DNA of 64,000 bases from Candidatus Magasanikiibacteriota bacterium (GCA_018650645.1 JABIFP010000020.1:82529-146528), one strand, 5' to 3'; numbered from the stretch's first letter, positions 10,589 to 20,919 are shown. The notes: a model not told the origin generated them from the letters alone. Numbers and translations are program-made.

Positions 10589-11692
10589 TTACCACCAAAC
10601 AATGGCTTTTACAAGTATATGATAGGCTTTCATAAGCGGATTCCCAATATAGGTTAATATTGGGCTGTTTACTGCTTCATCTTGGAAATCAATAACTCCC
10701 ACACTTTTTTTTAACATTTGTCTATCACTAACTGTCCGGATCTGCTGAATGTTCTTTCTTTTCCTTAGCCAAATTCTCACGTTTTTAGGCTGTGCCCAGT
10801 ATGCATACACGTTTAATCGCTTTTTAAACCAACCACCCTTTATTGCAAAGAGAATCAGTCCGCACTCAAGCACTAACATCATAGGCAGTAGCACCAGTAA
10901 TGTGCGCCACTTAAAGTACATCAGCCACACCGCAAATCGATTTCTTTCCATCCAGAAAAATTTATCAATACTTCTCCCGAATTGATATTTATGATAAAAC
11001 ACCGAGTCGCGCACTAATACACTCTTATATCCAAGTGAGCGTAGACGGAAACACCATTCCATATCTTCATGATACATGAAAAAATCCGGATCCCATCCGC
11101 CATGCTTTTTAATTAAATCTGCCCGTACAAGAAGTGCCGCACCACTTGCATATCCAACTTCTTTTATTTTTGGTAAATCAAGTTCTTTTATTGGGGTACG
11201 ATTTTCATCAGTATACCCAAATCCTAAATAGTGAAACGCATTTCCAGCACTATTCACTAATTCTGTTTCTGGATGCAAAAGCATAAGCGATTGCGCAACG
11301 CCAATAGTTTCGTCGCTTTGGAGTGCTTCAACAAGGGGTTCAAACGCATGCCGCGCAAAAAAACCATCGTTATTGTGATAAAACACATAATCATATCCAT
11401 GCTCGAGTGCCCAGTCTCCACCAATATTATTTCCTCCTGCAAATCCAAGATTCTCGTCTTGTGGTAAATATACACACTCTGGCAATTCTTTTCCTGAGTA
11501 CGGCATGACAGCATCATGCACGTATCTGCTAAAGAGTCCTTTTTCAGGATGAGGATTATTTACAACGACAAACGCTAACCTATCTTTTGGATACGTCACT
11601 TTTTTGAGCGCTGAAACAGCATCATCAATATACGACTCGTTATGATAATAGAGCAAATAGACAATTGCAATTTTTGGGAGTTTCTTTTCCAT
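10589..11692 (-). CDS. Glycosyltransferase family 2
   Basis: NLGFAGGNN, SGAALL, FFMYHEDMEWC. Confidence 0.9.
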   Translation of the reverse strand: MEKKLPKIAIVYLLYYHNESYIDDAVSALKKVTYPKDRLAFVVVNNPHPEKGLFSRYVHDAVMPYSGKELPECVYLPQDENLGFAGGNNIGGDWALEHGYDYVFYHNNDGFFARHAFEPLVEALQSDETIGVAQSLMLLHPETELVNSAGNAFHYLGFGYTDENRTPIKELDLPKIKEVGYASGAALLVRADLIKKHGGWDPDFFMYHEDMEWCFRLRSLGYKSVLVRDSVFYHKYQFGRSIDKFFWMERNRFAVWLMYFKWRTLLVLLPMMLVLECGLILFAIKGGWFKKRLNVYAYWAQPKNVRIWLRKRKNIQQIRTVSDRQMLKKSVGVIDFQDEAVNSPILTYIGNPLMKAYHILVKAIVWW

Positions 11693-11693
11693 A

Positions 11694-12521
11694 CTAGAGT
11701 GAATAATAATGATGTTGGCCGCGCCATTTCCACAAATACTTGAACCAACTTTTTACATGAATACGTGCGAGTTTGTTTTTAAATAATGCTCTAAATACTC
11801 CTGGTACTTTCGCGGAACCTCTGCCATGAATATGTACCAGTGTCACTGTTGGCACATAATACACTGGCCACCCAGCATCCCACATCCTGCGGCACCAATC
11901 GATATCTTCATAATACATAAAGAACCGATCATCAAACATGCCCACCTGCTTCATAGCATCTGCGCGCACAAACATTGCAGACCCCATGAGGGCATCCACC
12001 GGCCGCACTTTGCTGTGGTCAATCTCTTTCATGTGATGAAACGCCACCCGCTGCTTTCCGTGATCAGTTTGACCAAGTCTTGTTCGCTGATATAACGGCT
12101 GCAATAGTGGTGGAAATCGCCAACAAGAAAATTGTAATCCACCATCCGGATACTGTAATCGTGGGCCAATCATACCAATGCGTGGATTCTCTTGCATAAA
12201 CTGGTACAGCCCCTCAATAACCGATTCACCTGTCAAAAATTCTGTGTCTGGATTCAGTGCAAAATAATATTGCGCCTCATGTGCGCTGAGACCCGCATTT
12301 TGTGCAAACCCGAATCCTTTATTCTCTGACAGCTCAATACAGTGCACATTGGGAAATCGTTTTTGCAAAAATGCTTTTATTCCATCACCCGAATTATTAT
12401 CAACCACGGTGATTTGCACAGAAAGACTGCTTTTTACTAATTCCGCGTATAGCGAAGAAAGACAGACTTCAATGTTGTCTTTCATTTTGTAGTTTACAAT
12501 GACAATTGAGACATCTTTCAT
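11694..12521 (-). CDS. Glycosyltransferase family 2 (WbbL/rhamnosyltransferase-like)
   Basis: Start adjusted to MKDVSIVIVNY; VVDNNS, LNPD, FFMYYEDIDWC. Confidence 0.9.
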   Translation of the reverse strand: MKDVSIVIVNYKMKDNIEVCLSSLYAELVKSSLSVQITVVDNNSGDGIKAFLQKRFPNVHCIELSENKGFGFAQNAGLSAHEAQYYFALNPDTEFLTGESVIEGLYQFMQENPRIGMIGPRLQYPDGGLQFSCWRFPPLLQPLYQRTRLGQTDHGKQRVAFHHMKEIDHSKVRPVDALMGSAMFVRADAMKQVGMFDDRFFMYYEDIDWCRRMWDAGWPVYYVPTVTLVHIHGRGSAKVPGVFRALFKNKLARIHVKSWFKYLWKWRGQHHYYSL

Positions 12522-12522
12522 A

Positions 12523-13569
12523 TTACGTGTTCCAGTAAATACGCATCTGTTTCCATGAGAGTTGGCGTTTGGCAGTAATTTCTTTTCTTCTCTTACGAAT
12601 CGACCCATAGTTACGCACACATACCCCTAATCCTGATATTACTTTTGGATGAGTGAATAAAAGATACACGAACTTCTTTCCTTCATACCATATCACAGGC
12701 AATGCATCAAGCAATCCATTCTGCCAGTACTCGTTTTTATACAAGGTGATCAAATGGTTCTTATAGCTATGATATTGTACCCAGCTACTTTGACTGCGCT
12801 TATTCTTTGCCGCCGTAAAGTCATCTTTCTTTACCGGACCAGCCGCACTTCTATCATGATGAGCAACAGCTTTTAGTACAATAGCAGATTTTTTCCCCGC
12901 ACTCGCTAATCGATAGGCTAAATCTACATCTTCTTTATACGAAACGTACAACTCGTCAAACATGTTGCCATCACTGAAGGCAACATCATCAATTGCTTTT
13001 GTTCTATACATCGGCAAGGCTCCGGAAAGACCAAATACTGGTAATACTTCTGCTGGCATTTCCTTGTGTAACTCCTTCCAATCTTTGGTTGTATGCAAAT
13101 CAGTAACTCGTCTGTTTTTATATACCTGTAAACCAAGAGAGTCCACCTGACTGGTACATATTTTTTCAAAAGGAATATGGTCTTCTGCCATCAAACTAAA
13201 ATTCCACTTCATAAGCCGTGGTGAAACAGCATCATATTCTTTATGTGTATCGAGGAAAGTAACCAGCTGCTCAAACAAATTTGGATGCAAATGCATATCT
13301 TGATTAAGAAGCAGCATATATTCACCAGCACCTTTTTTATAAAGCGCATTGTGTCCACCAGCAAATCCAAGGTTTTTTTCATTTTTATACATGGTCATGG
13401 GGAGTGCCTCAGCATATGCTTCCATTTCCTTCACCATGCCATCTTCTGAGCCATTATCCCAAACATGCAGTTTCCAATCTTTATATGTCTGTCCTTTTAG
13501 CGATTCAAAAAGTGCAGGCACATATTTTGCCCCGTTCCAGCTTACTAATTGTACAGAAAGTTTTGCCAT
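12523..13569 (-). CDS. Glycosyltransferase family 2
   Basis: Start adjusted to MAKLSVQLVSWN; DNGS, NLGFAGGHN, YKEDVDLAYR. Confidence 0.9.
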   Translation of the reverse strand: MAKLSVQLVSWNGAKYVPALFESLKGQTYKDWKLHVWDNGSEDGMVKEMEAYAEALPMTMYKNEKNLGFAGGHNALYKKGAGEYMLLLNQDMHLHPNLFEQLVTFLDTHKEYDAVSPRLMKWNFSLMAEDHIPFEKICTSQVDSLGLQVYKNRRVTDLHTTKDWKELHKEMPAEVLPVFGLSGALPMYRTKAIDDVAFSDGNMFDELYVSYKEDVDLAYRLASAGKKSAIVLKAVAHHDRSAAGPVKKDDFTAAKNKRSQSSWVQYHSYKNHLITLYKNEYWQNGLLDALPVIWYEGKKFVYLLFTHPKVISGLGVCVRNYGSIRKRRKEITAKRQLSWKQMRIYWNT

Positions 13570-13570
13570 A

Positions 13571-14440
13571 CTATTTTTTACGAGCGTGCAGCTTATCAGC
13601 AATCCAAGCGAGCGCAATTCCAATTGGCCTCGCTACAGCCAGCGGCATCCACTTATACCACGGTTCCCATTTTTTAAAGTAGGTCACCATACTTTTAGTA
13701 AATTGCTGTTGTTTCCACAGCGTTGTGCGCTGTTTAAAACTCTGCCCAACATAATCGATTGCTTCAATAATCGGCGTATACACCACATCATATCCAAGCC
13801 GCCGTGTTTCGCGGCAAATATCAACGTCTTCATACCAAATAAAATACCTTGGATCCCATGCCCAACCAAGTTCTTGTACTATTTCTTTTCGCATAAGCAT
13901 AAACGCCCCTCGCACAGAATCAACTGAATGCTCTAGGGTAAAATCAACGCCTTTCATATGATATTTATCCAAAAGCTTTGGGAACACATGATGCAGCTTC
14001 AGAATCATAGTCAGCTGTTCAAAAAACTGTGGAAACCGTCTTGGTGTTGCCGCTTCATTGAGGTTTCCGTGTTCATCAACTAATGTTGGGCTGGCAATAC
14101 CAACTTTTGGATGCTTAATCATCCAATCGAGTAGAATAGGCAGTGAACCTGGTTTCAGCTGCATGTCTGGATTCAAAAAAAGGAGCCAATCCCCTTTTGC
14201 ATGTTCAAGCGCCTGATTGTTTGCTGCTCCAAATCCGGCATTATAATTATTTGCCAAAACAAGTACCTCTGGATGTTTTCCAAGGATATGTGCTGGTGTG
14301 CCATCTGTTGAGGCATTATCTACAATAATTTGCTGAATATGAAGATCGCCTGCCGCAGCTAACACGCTTTGCAATTGCCGATCGATAAGCTCTTTACTGT
14401 TCCAAGTCACGGTAATTACCGTAATATCTGTGCGTGTCAT
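13571..14440 (-). CDS. Glycosyltransferase family 2 (WbbL-like)
   Basis: VDNASTDG, GFGAANN, LNPD, YFIWYEDVDIC. Confidence 0.9.
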   Translation of the reverse strand: MTRTDITVITVTWNSKELIDRQLQSVLAAAGDLHIQQIIVDNASTDGTPAHILGKHPEVLVLANNYNAGFGAANNQALEHAKGDWLLFLNPDMQLKPGSLPILLDWMIKHPKVGIASPTLVDEHGNLNEAATPRRFPQFFEQLTMILKLHHVFPKLLDKYHMKGVDFTLEHSVDSVRGAFMLMRKEIVQELGWAWDPRYFIWYEDVDICRETRRLGYDVVYTPIIEAIDYVGQSFKQRTTLWKQQQFTKSMVTYFKKWEPWYKWMPLAVARPIGIALAWIADKLHARKK

Positions 14441-14467
14441 ATAGGCCTAGTGTAGCGATATTTTAGG

Positions 14468-14503
14468 AAAAAAACAACCCCTACGTCGCACGGACGTAGG
14501 GGG
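14468..14503 (-). terminator. Intrinsic terminator after the GC-rich orphan
   Basis: CCCCTACGTC-N5-GACGTAGGGG hairpin with an A-run on the + strand (U-run on -). Confidence 0.75.
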
Positions 14504-14537
14504 TGGCCGAAGTGGCCAGGTCAGGTGCTGAGATGCC

Positions 14538-15074
14538 TCAGCCCGTGAAGGTGACCAGCCGCGCCGCGATGTCGGCAAGCTCGAGGATCTCCACGGACAT
14601 GTCCGTCAGACTGCCCACCGGCACCAGGACCGCATCGTAGCCGATGATCCGGTTCTGGTCCTTCTGGAGCAAGTGCGAAAGCGCCCACACCTCACCGTCG
14701 ACGACGAAGTTTCCGCTCTCATCGACCGTGAACTCCTTCTTCTGGAAGACGATCCAGTGGGTCAGGCCCGCGCGGTGGACAACCTTGCCATCCTTCACGC
14801 AGATGAAGCCAGCGATCGCTTCCGCAGGCATGGCCGACTCACCTTGCCCGTTGTAGTACGTGACCCCTTCCGGGCACACCAGGCGAAGGGTCGGCTCGGC
14901 GTCGATGATGGGCGCGCCGTACGCGCCGTTCTTCAACTGGTAGAAGAGGTTCTGACCATCTTTCCCCGGGTTGAAGAAGTTGTAGCTGTCCGCCTCGTAG
15001 GTCATGGTGGTCTTGCTGTCCCCCACGACTGCGAACTCAAACACCCACTGACCACAGGTGATTTTCACCTTCAT
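14538..15074 (-). CDS. Hypothetical GC-rich orphan protein
   Basis: Start reassigned to MKVKITCGQW (AGGAG SD 6 nt upstream); markedly higher GC than flanks; upstream TTGACA-17-TAAAAC at 15158-15130. Confidence 0.75.
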   Translation of the reverse strand: MKVKITCGQWVFEFAVVGDSKTTMTYEADSYNFFNPGKDGQNLFYQLKNGAYGAPIIDAEPTLRLVCPEGVTYYNGQGESAMPAEAIAGFICVKDGKVVHRAGLTHWIVFQKKEFTVDESGNFVVDGEVWALSHLLQKDQNRIIGYDAVLVPVGSLTDMSVEILELADIAARLVTFTG

Positions 15075-15161
15075 CTCAAACTCCTTAAGTCGTGCTCTCC
15101 ACACCCAAAAAACAGGCGTAGATACACCTGTTTTATCAAAAAAATCCCTATTTGTCAACCC

Positions 15162-15947
15162 TTACACCTCACTTAATGCCCCATCCACAATCTGCTGCGC
15201 CATTCCTACGCGCTTTCGCCATTCATGCGCATCATTATTGATTTGGTCTCTCCAGTGATCAATACCCCCAGCAGCCTCAACTAATGCCAAAAACTGATGT
15301 GGTGTTTCCCACTCAAGGCCTTCAAATGTCATGTATGACCGCGGCAATGCAGCCTTATGCAGCGCACTCCACCACTGCCCCCAAATACCCACATCGTCTC
15401 TGCTTTGTAACCCTAAAATCACCGCAATGGCTTCGCTCGAATAATAAAAAGCCCCGCTCAAATAATCATGCACCTCGTCTTCACCAAGGGTATGCGCAAT
15501 AACTCTGTTTGCAATGCGCTCTGTTTCAATCAATGGCTCTTGATGCATTGCATACCCGCGTTTTGATCGCTCGCACACAATATAATCCGGTAAAGCTGGC
15601 CAATCAACCACAAAAAGTTCTTTTACAAAGGCTTCTAATTCTTTTTTATGTGATGCACACCAATGCAGTGCCCTATCTAAGTCAATATAGAGTAAACCGT
15701 CTTTTCCATACTTTGCTCCTTCTGCAATTGCACGGCGATAAATCTGCCCCACATTGTTTTCTTTTTGAATCACTACGTTCCACTTCGCTTTTTTTAGTGC
15801 CTCAATAACATTCTTTTTTGTAAGCGGTGTACAAACAACAACAGCACTGCCAAAAAATACTTTTAATCGACCTGCAAATTCTTCTATTCGCGCCAGAAGC
15901 GCTCCCTGAGGATCATGATATGTACACGCAAGAGTAATCTTCGCCAT
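15162..15947 (-). CDS. Hypothetical protein, possible GT-A fold
   Basis: Coupled to rmlD; DxD motif LYIDLDRALHW. Confidence 0.6.
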   Translation of the reverse strand: MAKITLACTYHDPQGALLARIEEFAGRLKVFFGSAVVVCTPLTKKNVIEALKKAKWNVVIQKENNVGQIYRRAIAEGAKYGKDGLLYIDLDRALHWCASHKKELEAFVKELFVVDWPALPDYIVCERSKRGYAMHQEPLIETERIANRVIAHTLGEDEVHDYLSGAFYYSSEAIAVILGLQSRDDVGIWGQWWSALHKAALPRSYMTFEGLEWETPHQFLALVEAAGGIDHWRDQINNDAHEWRKRVGMAQQIVDGALSEV

Positions 15948-15950
15948 AAG

Positions 15951-16793
15951 TTATGTAATATAGTCAGCTAAAGCATCTTGCCAGCTGCGCATGGGTAATC
16001 GTTTTGAATTATTGAGCGTTGTATAGGCAGGTCGTTTTGCTGCCCGCGGATACGCATCAGATCCGCATGGTGTTGTTTTTACATCTAGGGAAGCCAATGC
16101 AAATGCTTCATTTGCAAATGCAAACCAGCTGCATTCCCCACTATTTGCTCCGTGATAGATTCCCGATTCTGCCTTTTCTTCAATAAGCGATTTAGTAAAT
16201 GCTGCCAAATCAGGCGCATATGTTGGTGAACCAACTTCATCATCCACAATTGAAAGTTCTGTCTTTCCCACTTCTTTCACCAAGTAGAGCATGGTATCAA
16301 TAAAACTTCGTTTACTTACTTCACTCTGTCCTTCTTTTCCAAATAATCTTGAAAGTCGAATGATGTAGTACTGCCCACCAACTTCTTGCACTGCTTGCTC
16401 TCCTGCAAGTTTAGATTCCCCGTACACATTTACTGGGCCAGTCTTAGATGCTTCCGCATGTGGCTGTGAGCCATCACCAGCAAATACATAATCAGACGAG
16501 TAATGTACAAATGTGGCACCCATACTTTTGCAGAGTGTTGCTAACTGCTTTGGCACCTCGCTATTTAACCGGAATGCTATTTCTTTTTGCGCAGCGTCTT
16601 CTTCGCACTGATCCACTGCATTATACGCTGCCGCATTAATCACCAATTCCGGTTGTTCTTTTTCAAACAGTGCTTCAACCGCTCCTGTATCAAATAAATC
16701 GAGCTCTGCCCTATCTAACGCTAAAGCATTGGGAAATACTTCCTGCAACGCTCCTCCTAGCATTCCTTTTGCTCCTAAAATTATTGTTTTCAT
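15951..16793 (-). CDS. rmlD: dTDP-4-dehydrorhamnose reductase
   Basis: GAKGMLG, NAAAYNAVD, SSDYVF, YGESK, GSPT, AKRP. Confidence 0.95.
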   Translation of the reverse strand: MKTIILGAKGMLGGALQEVFPNALALDRAELDLFDTGAVEALFEKEQPELVINAAAYNAVDQCEEDAAQKEIAFRLNSEVPKQLATLCKSMGATFVHYSSDYVFAGDGSQPHAEASKTGPVNVYGESKLAGEQAVQEVGGQYYIIRLSRLFGKEGQSEVSKRSFIDTMLYLVKEVGKTELSIVDDEVGSPTYAPDLAAFTKSLIEEKAESGIYHGANSGECSWFAFANEAFALASLDVKTTPCGSDAYPRAAKRPAYTTLNNSKRLPMRSWQDALADYIT

Positions 16794-16805
16794 ATATTTG
16801 TGCCT

Positions 16806-16921
16806 GGATCCTTCGATGCCCGGCCTTCGGCCAGGTTACTCAGGATGACATTTCCTTCTTGCTACCGGCCTTTGGCCAGGTTGTTCAGGATGACATTGTT
16901 ATTACTGGTTGTTCAGAATGA
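16806..16921. repeat. Tandem REP-like palindromic repeats
   Basis: 33-nt unit CCGGCCTTYGGCCAGGTTRYTCAGGATGACATT at 16820-16852 and 16865-16897 (3 mismatches); degenerate third copy near 16907-16921. Confidence 0.75.
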
Positions 16922-16929
16922 AACCATCA

Positions 16930-17355
16930 TTATGAAATACTCAACTTCTCGTCTCTCACCTTCAAATACTCATCGTAGTCTTCAATATAATCACTTCTAT
17001 TTGGATTATAGTTTGTTGAAGAAAGCGCCAAAAGTACCGCATCGTCAGAAAAATCTTTGAAATGATGCCACACGTAATTTTGTACATATAGCGCGCTACT
17101 TGGCGCTTGCATTGGCAATTCTTCCAAGCCATTTCCTCTATCAATCACCGCTGTGCAAGAACCAGAAACAAGAATAAAAAATTCTTCTTCCTTTTTATGA
17201 CAATGTGCACCTGTTGGCCCTTCTGGAGAAGTAATATAATACACGCGTTTTACCTCAAAATCAATATACTCATGAAGCTCCACAGGATTCATGGTAAATT
17301 TTCCTGCCACGTGAATTTTTTTTAGCTCAAACTGCTCAAACGCTTTTTTTGCCAT
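16930..17355 (-). CDS. FdtA/QdtA-family cupin (dTDP-4-keto-6-deoxyglucose 3,4-ketoisomerase-like)
   Basis: FEVKRVYYI, GAHCHK, VWH, DYIEDY. Confidence 0.88.
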   Translation of the reverse strand: MAKKAFEQFELKKIHVAGKFTMNPVELHEYIDFEVKRVYYITSPEGPTGAHCHKKEEEFFILVSGSCTAVIDRGNGLEELPMQAPSSALYVQNYVWHHFKDFSDDAVLLALSSTNYNPNRSDYIEDYDEYLKVRDEKLSIS

Positions 17356-17360
17356 ATCTC

Positions 17361-18413
17361 TTAGGTTACTGACTTCATTTTTTCTTTAGAACGTTCCAGA
17401 TCCTCCTGGAATTTATTCATATCATCCTTCTTTGCTCGGAGTGTTTCTACCCACGCAGTATTACTCTTGTACCATTCAATCGTTTCAAGAAGTCCTCTAT
17501 GAAATTCGTCTATTCCATATTCTGCAGACCACCCAAGCGCCTTCATTTTACTCGCATCAATTGAATACCGTCTGTCATGACCTGGTCTATCTGTAACAAA
17601 TTCGATTTTGTCTTCACCAAATCCCATTGCTTCCAAAATCATTTTTGTCAGTTCCAAATTATTTCTTTCGTTATCAGATCCAATATTATACACCTGCCCT
17701 GGTTCTCCTTTTTGTAGTAATAGGTCGAGTGCTTTTGCATGATCTTTCACATGAATCCAATCGCGAACATTTAGTCCATCTCCATATACTGAAACTGTTT
17801 TTCCTTCTAGCAGTCTGAATACAAAAAACGGAATTAACTTTTCTGGGAATTGATATGGGCCGTAGTTATTAGAACAATGGGTTACCACTACGGGCACACC
17901 ATGTGTTACGTAATACGCATTACACATTAAATCTCCACCTGCTTTTGCTGCCGCATAGGGCATGTTTGGCATAATTGGCGCATCTTCTTTCCAAGATCTT
18001 GGGTCTTCTAATTCAAGCGCACCATATACCTCGTCTGTAGAAACATTCACAAACTTTTTGATGTTGTGATTCTTTACAGCATCCAAAATCATTTGTGTAC
18101 CAAGTGTATTTGTCAGGACAAAATCTTTGCACCCTCCATGAATTGATCGATCTACATGTGTTTCTGCTGCAAAATTGATGACGTGATCAATACCATACTC
18201 ATCCATAACGGCATTTAAGGCATCTAAATCCGTAATGTCTCCCTTCACAAAGGTATACCGAGGATCATCCTGAATATGCTCATGGTTTTCTAGGTTCCCA
18301 GCGTATGTGAGCTTATCAAAATTGATGATCTGCACATCCCCATGCGCCTCAAGCATATGATGGATGAAGTTTGAGCCAATAAAGCCAGCTCCTCCGGTAA
18401 CAAGTAATTTCAT
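17361..18413 (-). CDS. rmlB: dTDP-glucose 4,6-dehydratase
   Basis: TGGAGFIGSNF, DKLTYAGN, AAETHVDRSI, STDEVYG, DRPGHDRRY. Confidence 0.97.
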   Translation of the reverse strand: MKLLVTGGAGFIGSNFIHHMLEAHGDVQIINFDKLTYAGNLENHEHIQDDPRYTFVKGDITDLDALNAVMDEYGIDHVINFAAETHVDRSIHGGCKDFVLTNTLGTQMILDAVKNHNIKKFVNVSTDEVYGALELEDPRSWKEDAPIMPNMPYAAAKAGGDLMCNAYYVTHGVPVVVTHCSNNYGPYQFPEKLIPFFVFRLLEGKTVSVYGDGLNVRDWIHVKDHAKALDLLLQKGEPGQVYNIGSDNERNNLELTKMILEAMGFGEDKIEFVTDRPGHDRRYSIDASKMKALGWSAEYGIDEFHRGLLETIEWYKSNTAWVETLRAKKDDMNKFQEDLERSKEKMKSVT

Positions 18414-18475
18414 AAAACAGTAATAAAGAGTATAGAAAGAGGCCTATATGACCCCTCTAGCCCCGCAATTATACA

Positions 18476-19264
18476 TTAATCGAGCGGATAATCAAATTCG
18501 TCTCCCGTATTTAATCTTCTTGAGCTAAACATGATGAGTGCTGAAGGGTCATCAAGCGGGTTGGTCATTCTTGCGCAAACCCCGGAAGGCATTTGAATTG
18601 CTCGAGTTGCGCTCGTAAGTGCCCCTACATAGCGCTCTTTTGTATCGATTTGTTCACAAATAACATCAACTTGCCCGTACGCAACGTAGAACATGAGGTC
18701 TGTTTGTTTATGATAGTAATCCCCAATAACCTTTTTGGGACTAAGCACGAGCCTCGAAATATATATAGACCCTACTTTGGCAGTTGCCAAAATTCTTCCT
18801 TGATTTGATTTATCTTGCTGAAAATTAAACATGTCGAGCTGATTTTCACAGCGCTCCCCTAAACAAGTACCTTCATCCATTTCTCTAAAAGAATCGCTTT
18901 TTGAACGCAGCTCTCTATTACTGAAAAATACTAAGATAGCATTTCCCTTCCCAACATTCTGCGTTGAAATTTTGTGGCACGGTGGAATTTGTACGATGTG
19001 CCTACCGGGATCTAAAATGAATTCCTTCCGTTTTTTTGTACACACTTGTTCAAATGATGCATGCACGCGGCCCTTTGCAACATAAAACACCACTTCCGTT
19101 TCTTTATGATAATACCCACCCGTAATTACACCTGGTTCAATTTCAACACGAGTCATAAAGACATCACCAATTTTTGCTGTTGAAACGCGCCTTCCCGGCT
19201 TGCTCAGATCATGCACAAAATCGCAGATCGTGATAAATTGTGGTGTTATCCCAGAATCAGTCAT
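18476..19264 (-). CDS. Tandem-duplicated WxcM/CapF-like cupin protein
   Basis: Two similar halves: GGYYHKETEVVFYVAKG and GDYYHKQTDLMFYVAYG. Confidence 0.7.
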   Translation of the reverse strand: MTDSGITPQFITICDFVHDLSKPGRRVSTAKIGDVFMTRVEIEPGVITGGYYHKETEVVFYVAKGRVHASFEQVCTKKRKEFILDPGRHIVQIPPCHKISTQNVGKGNAILVFFSNRELRSKSDSFREMDEGTCLGERCENQLDMFNFQQDKSNQGRILATAKVGSIYISRLVLSPKKVIGDYYHKQTDLMFYVAYGQVDVICEQIDTKERYVGALTSATRAIQMPSGVCARMTNPLDDPSALIMFSSRRLNTGDEFDYPLD

Positions 19265-19282
19265 ACTCCCCTTTATTACCCT

Positions 19283-19813
19283 CTATACATGTTTTCTGAC
19301 AAGCGCCCATGCAGCAATACTCATTCCGTTCCAAATGTCTCCATGACTAATCATTTCGTCAATTTCTTCAGGCTTTCTGTACACAAGTTCTATTTCTTCA
19401 CTTGCATCCGGCGCTGCTTGTTGCTGATCGATTACATCACAGAGAAATACTTGCGCTTTATCCTTCACCATTCCTGGCGCCGGCTCAAACTCACCAAGCT
19501 TTGACCAGTTTTCGGCTATTAATCCTGTTTCTTCTAACAACTCCCGTTTTGCAGCAGAGAGCCCATCAATATCCTCACCGGCTCCTCCCCCAGGGATTTC
19601 TATACTTTGCTTATCATGGAGATACCGATACTGCAACACGAGTGCTATACGTCCATCAGCCAATCGCGGGATGATTAATACATTTCCAGGCGTCTCAAGA
19701 TAGTAATACTGTCCTGTTTTTCCATCCGGCAGCTCATACTCATCATGCTTATACTCGTACCATGGATTCTCGTGAATCACCTCTGTAGAAATTGTTTTTA
19801 ATCGCTTTGGCAT
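19283..19813 (-). CDS. NUDIX hydrolase (ADP-ribose pyrophosphatase-like)
   Basis: QYRY..EIPGG...AAKRELLEETG. Confidence 0.9.
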   Translation of the reverse strand: MPKRLKTISTEVIHENPWYEYKHDEYELPDGKTGQYYYLETPGNVLIIPRLADGRIALVLQYRYLHDKQSIEIPGGGAGEDIDGLSAAKRELLEETGLIAENWSKLGEFEPAPGMVKDKAQVFLCDVIDQQQAAPDASEEIELVYRKPEEIDEMISHGDIWNGMSIAAWALVRKHV

Positions 19814-19814
19814 A

Positions 19815-20219
19815 TTAAGTAAACAGTGCCGCTATCTCTTCAATCGATTCACTTGGAGGATTTTTTACAATCGAGTGCATGCTTCCGCCATTATCGTCCG
19901 CCCAGCGTGGAATAATGTGCACGTGAACATACGGTACTGATTGCCCAGCAACTTCGCCATGATTCACGCCAAAAGTAAATCCTTCTGGTGAGAGCACTTC
20001 CTTGATTTTTTTTGTTGCATGCTGCACTCCTTGCCACAATGACGAAATAGTTTCCGCAGAGAGATCCAGGAGTGTTTCTCCAAATACTTTTGGCACTACC
20101 AGCGTGTGCCCTTTTGCAAGCGGAAAGATATCTAAAAATGCGAGGACATGCTCATCCTCATATACTTTATGTGCCGGAATTTCACCCGCAAGAATCTTAT
20201 GAAAAATTGTTTCTTCCAT
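19815..20219 (-). CDS. HIT family protein
   Basis: Start MEETIFHKI; GHTLVVPK, AGQSVPYVHVHIIPR. Confidence 0.92.
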   Translation of the reverse strand: MEETIFHKILAGEIPAHKVYEDEHVLAFLDIFPLAKGHTLVVPKVFGETLLDLSAETISSLWQGVQHATKKIKEVLSPEGFTFGVNHGEVAGQSVPYVHVHIIPRWADDNGGSMHSIVKNPPSESIEEIAALFT

Positions 20220-20223
20220 AGGA

Positions 20224-20919
20224 TTAGTGATTATCGATATGTTTGATGCCAAGCTCAGGAATCAGAATTGGATAATCAAAGCTGAGCATAAATGCAGCAG
20301 CCTTTGCCGCAGCCTCTACAGGTAAGGCATTATCAAAAGAGACGTCTTTAATTCCAGCTCGCTCAAAAAGTGGCGTAGCAATTTTCCCCGGATAAAATCC
20401 CATAACACGAATTTTATCTGGCTCTAATTCTATGGCCAAACATTTCGTCATACCCGTAAGCGCCCATTTACTTGTGTTGTATGCACTTCTATTTACTTTA
20501 GCATGTATACCCGCCTGAGAAACAACATTTAATATCGTTCCCGATTGCTGTTTTTTCATGTATGGCACTGCAGCTCTTGTAAGTGCAAAGGTTCCATTTA
20601 CGTTTACATCCATGAGTTTTTTAAATGCGTCAGGATCAGTCTCTTCGATTTTTTGATGCAAGTAAATGCCTGCATTGTTTATGAGCACATCAATTTTTCC
20701 GTGTTCTTTTACAATTTCTTCTATAACGCGTTCACACCATGCAGGATCACAAATATCACATTCATGTGCGCTTACGCCAAGTTCCTTCGCCACTTCTTCA
20801 AGTGGCTGCTTCTCATTTGATAAAATCACCACGGTATGGTCTTTGTTTAATTCGGCTGCCAGTGCTTTTCCAAGCCCTGAACTTCCCCCCGAAATTACGA
20901 TCACCTGATTGTTTGTCAT
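20224..20919 (-). CDS. SDR family oxidoreductase
   Basis: SGGSSGLG, NNAG, YNTSK. Confidence 0.92.
   Translation of the reverse strand: MTNNQVIVISGGSSGLGKALAAELNKDHTVVILSNEKQPLEEVAKELGVSAHECDICDPAWCERVIEEIVKEHGKIDVLINNAGIYLHQKIEETDPDAFKKLMDVNVNGTFALTRAAVPYMKKQQSGTILNVVSQAGIHAKVNRSAYNTSKWALTGMTKCLAIELEPDKIRVMGFYPGKIATPLFERAGIKDVSFDNALPVEAAAKAAAFMLSFDYPILIPELGIKHIDNH

Noticed and set aside
16820-16897. Mini CRISPR array
   Set aside because: Only two full units, a 12-nt spacer and no cas genes.
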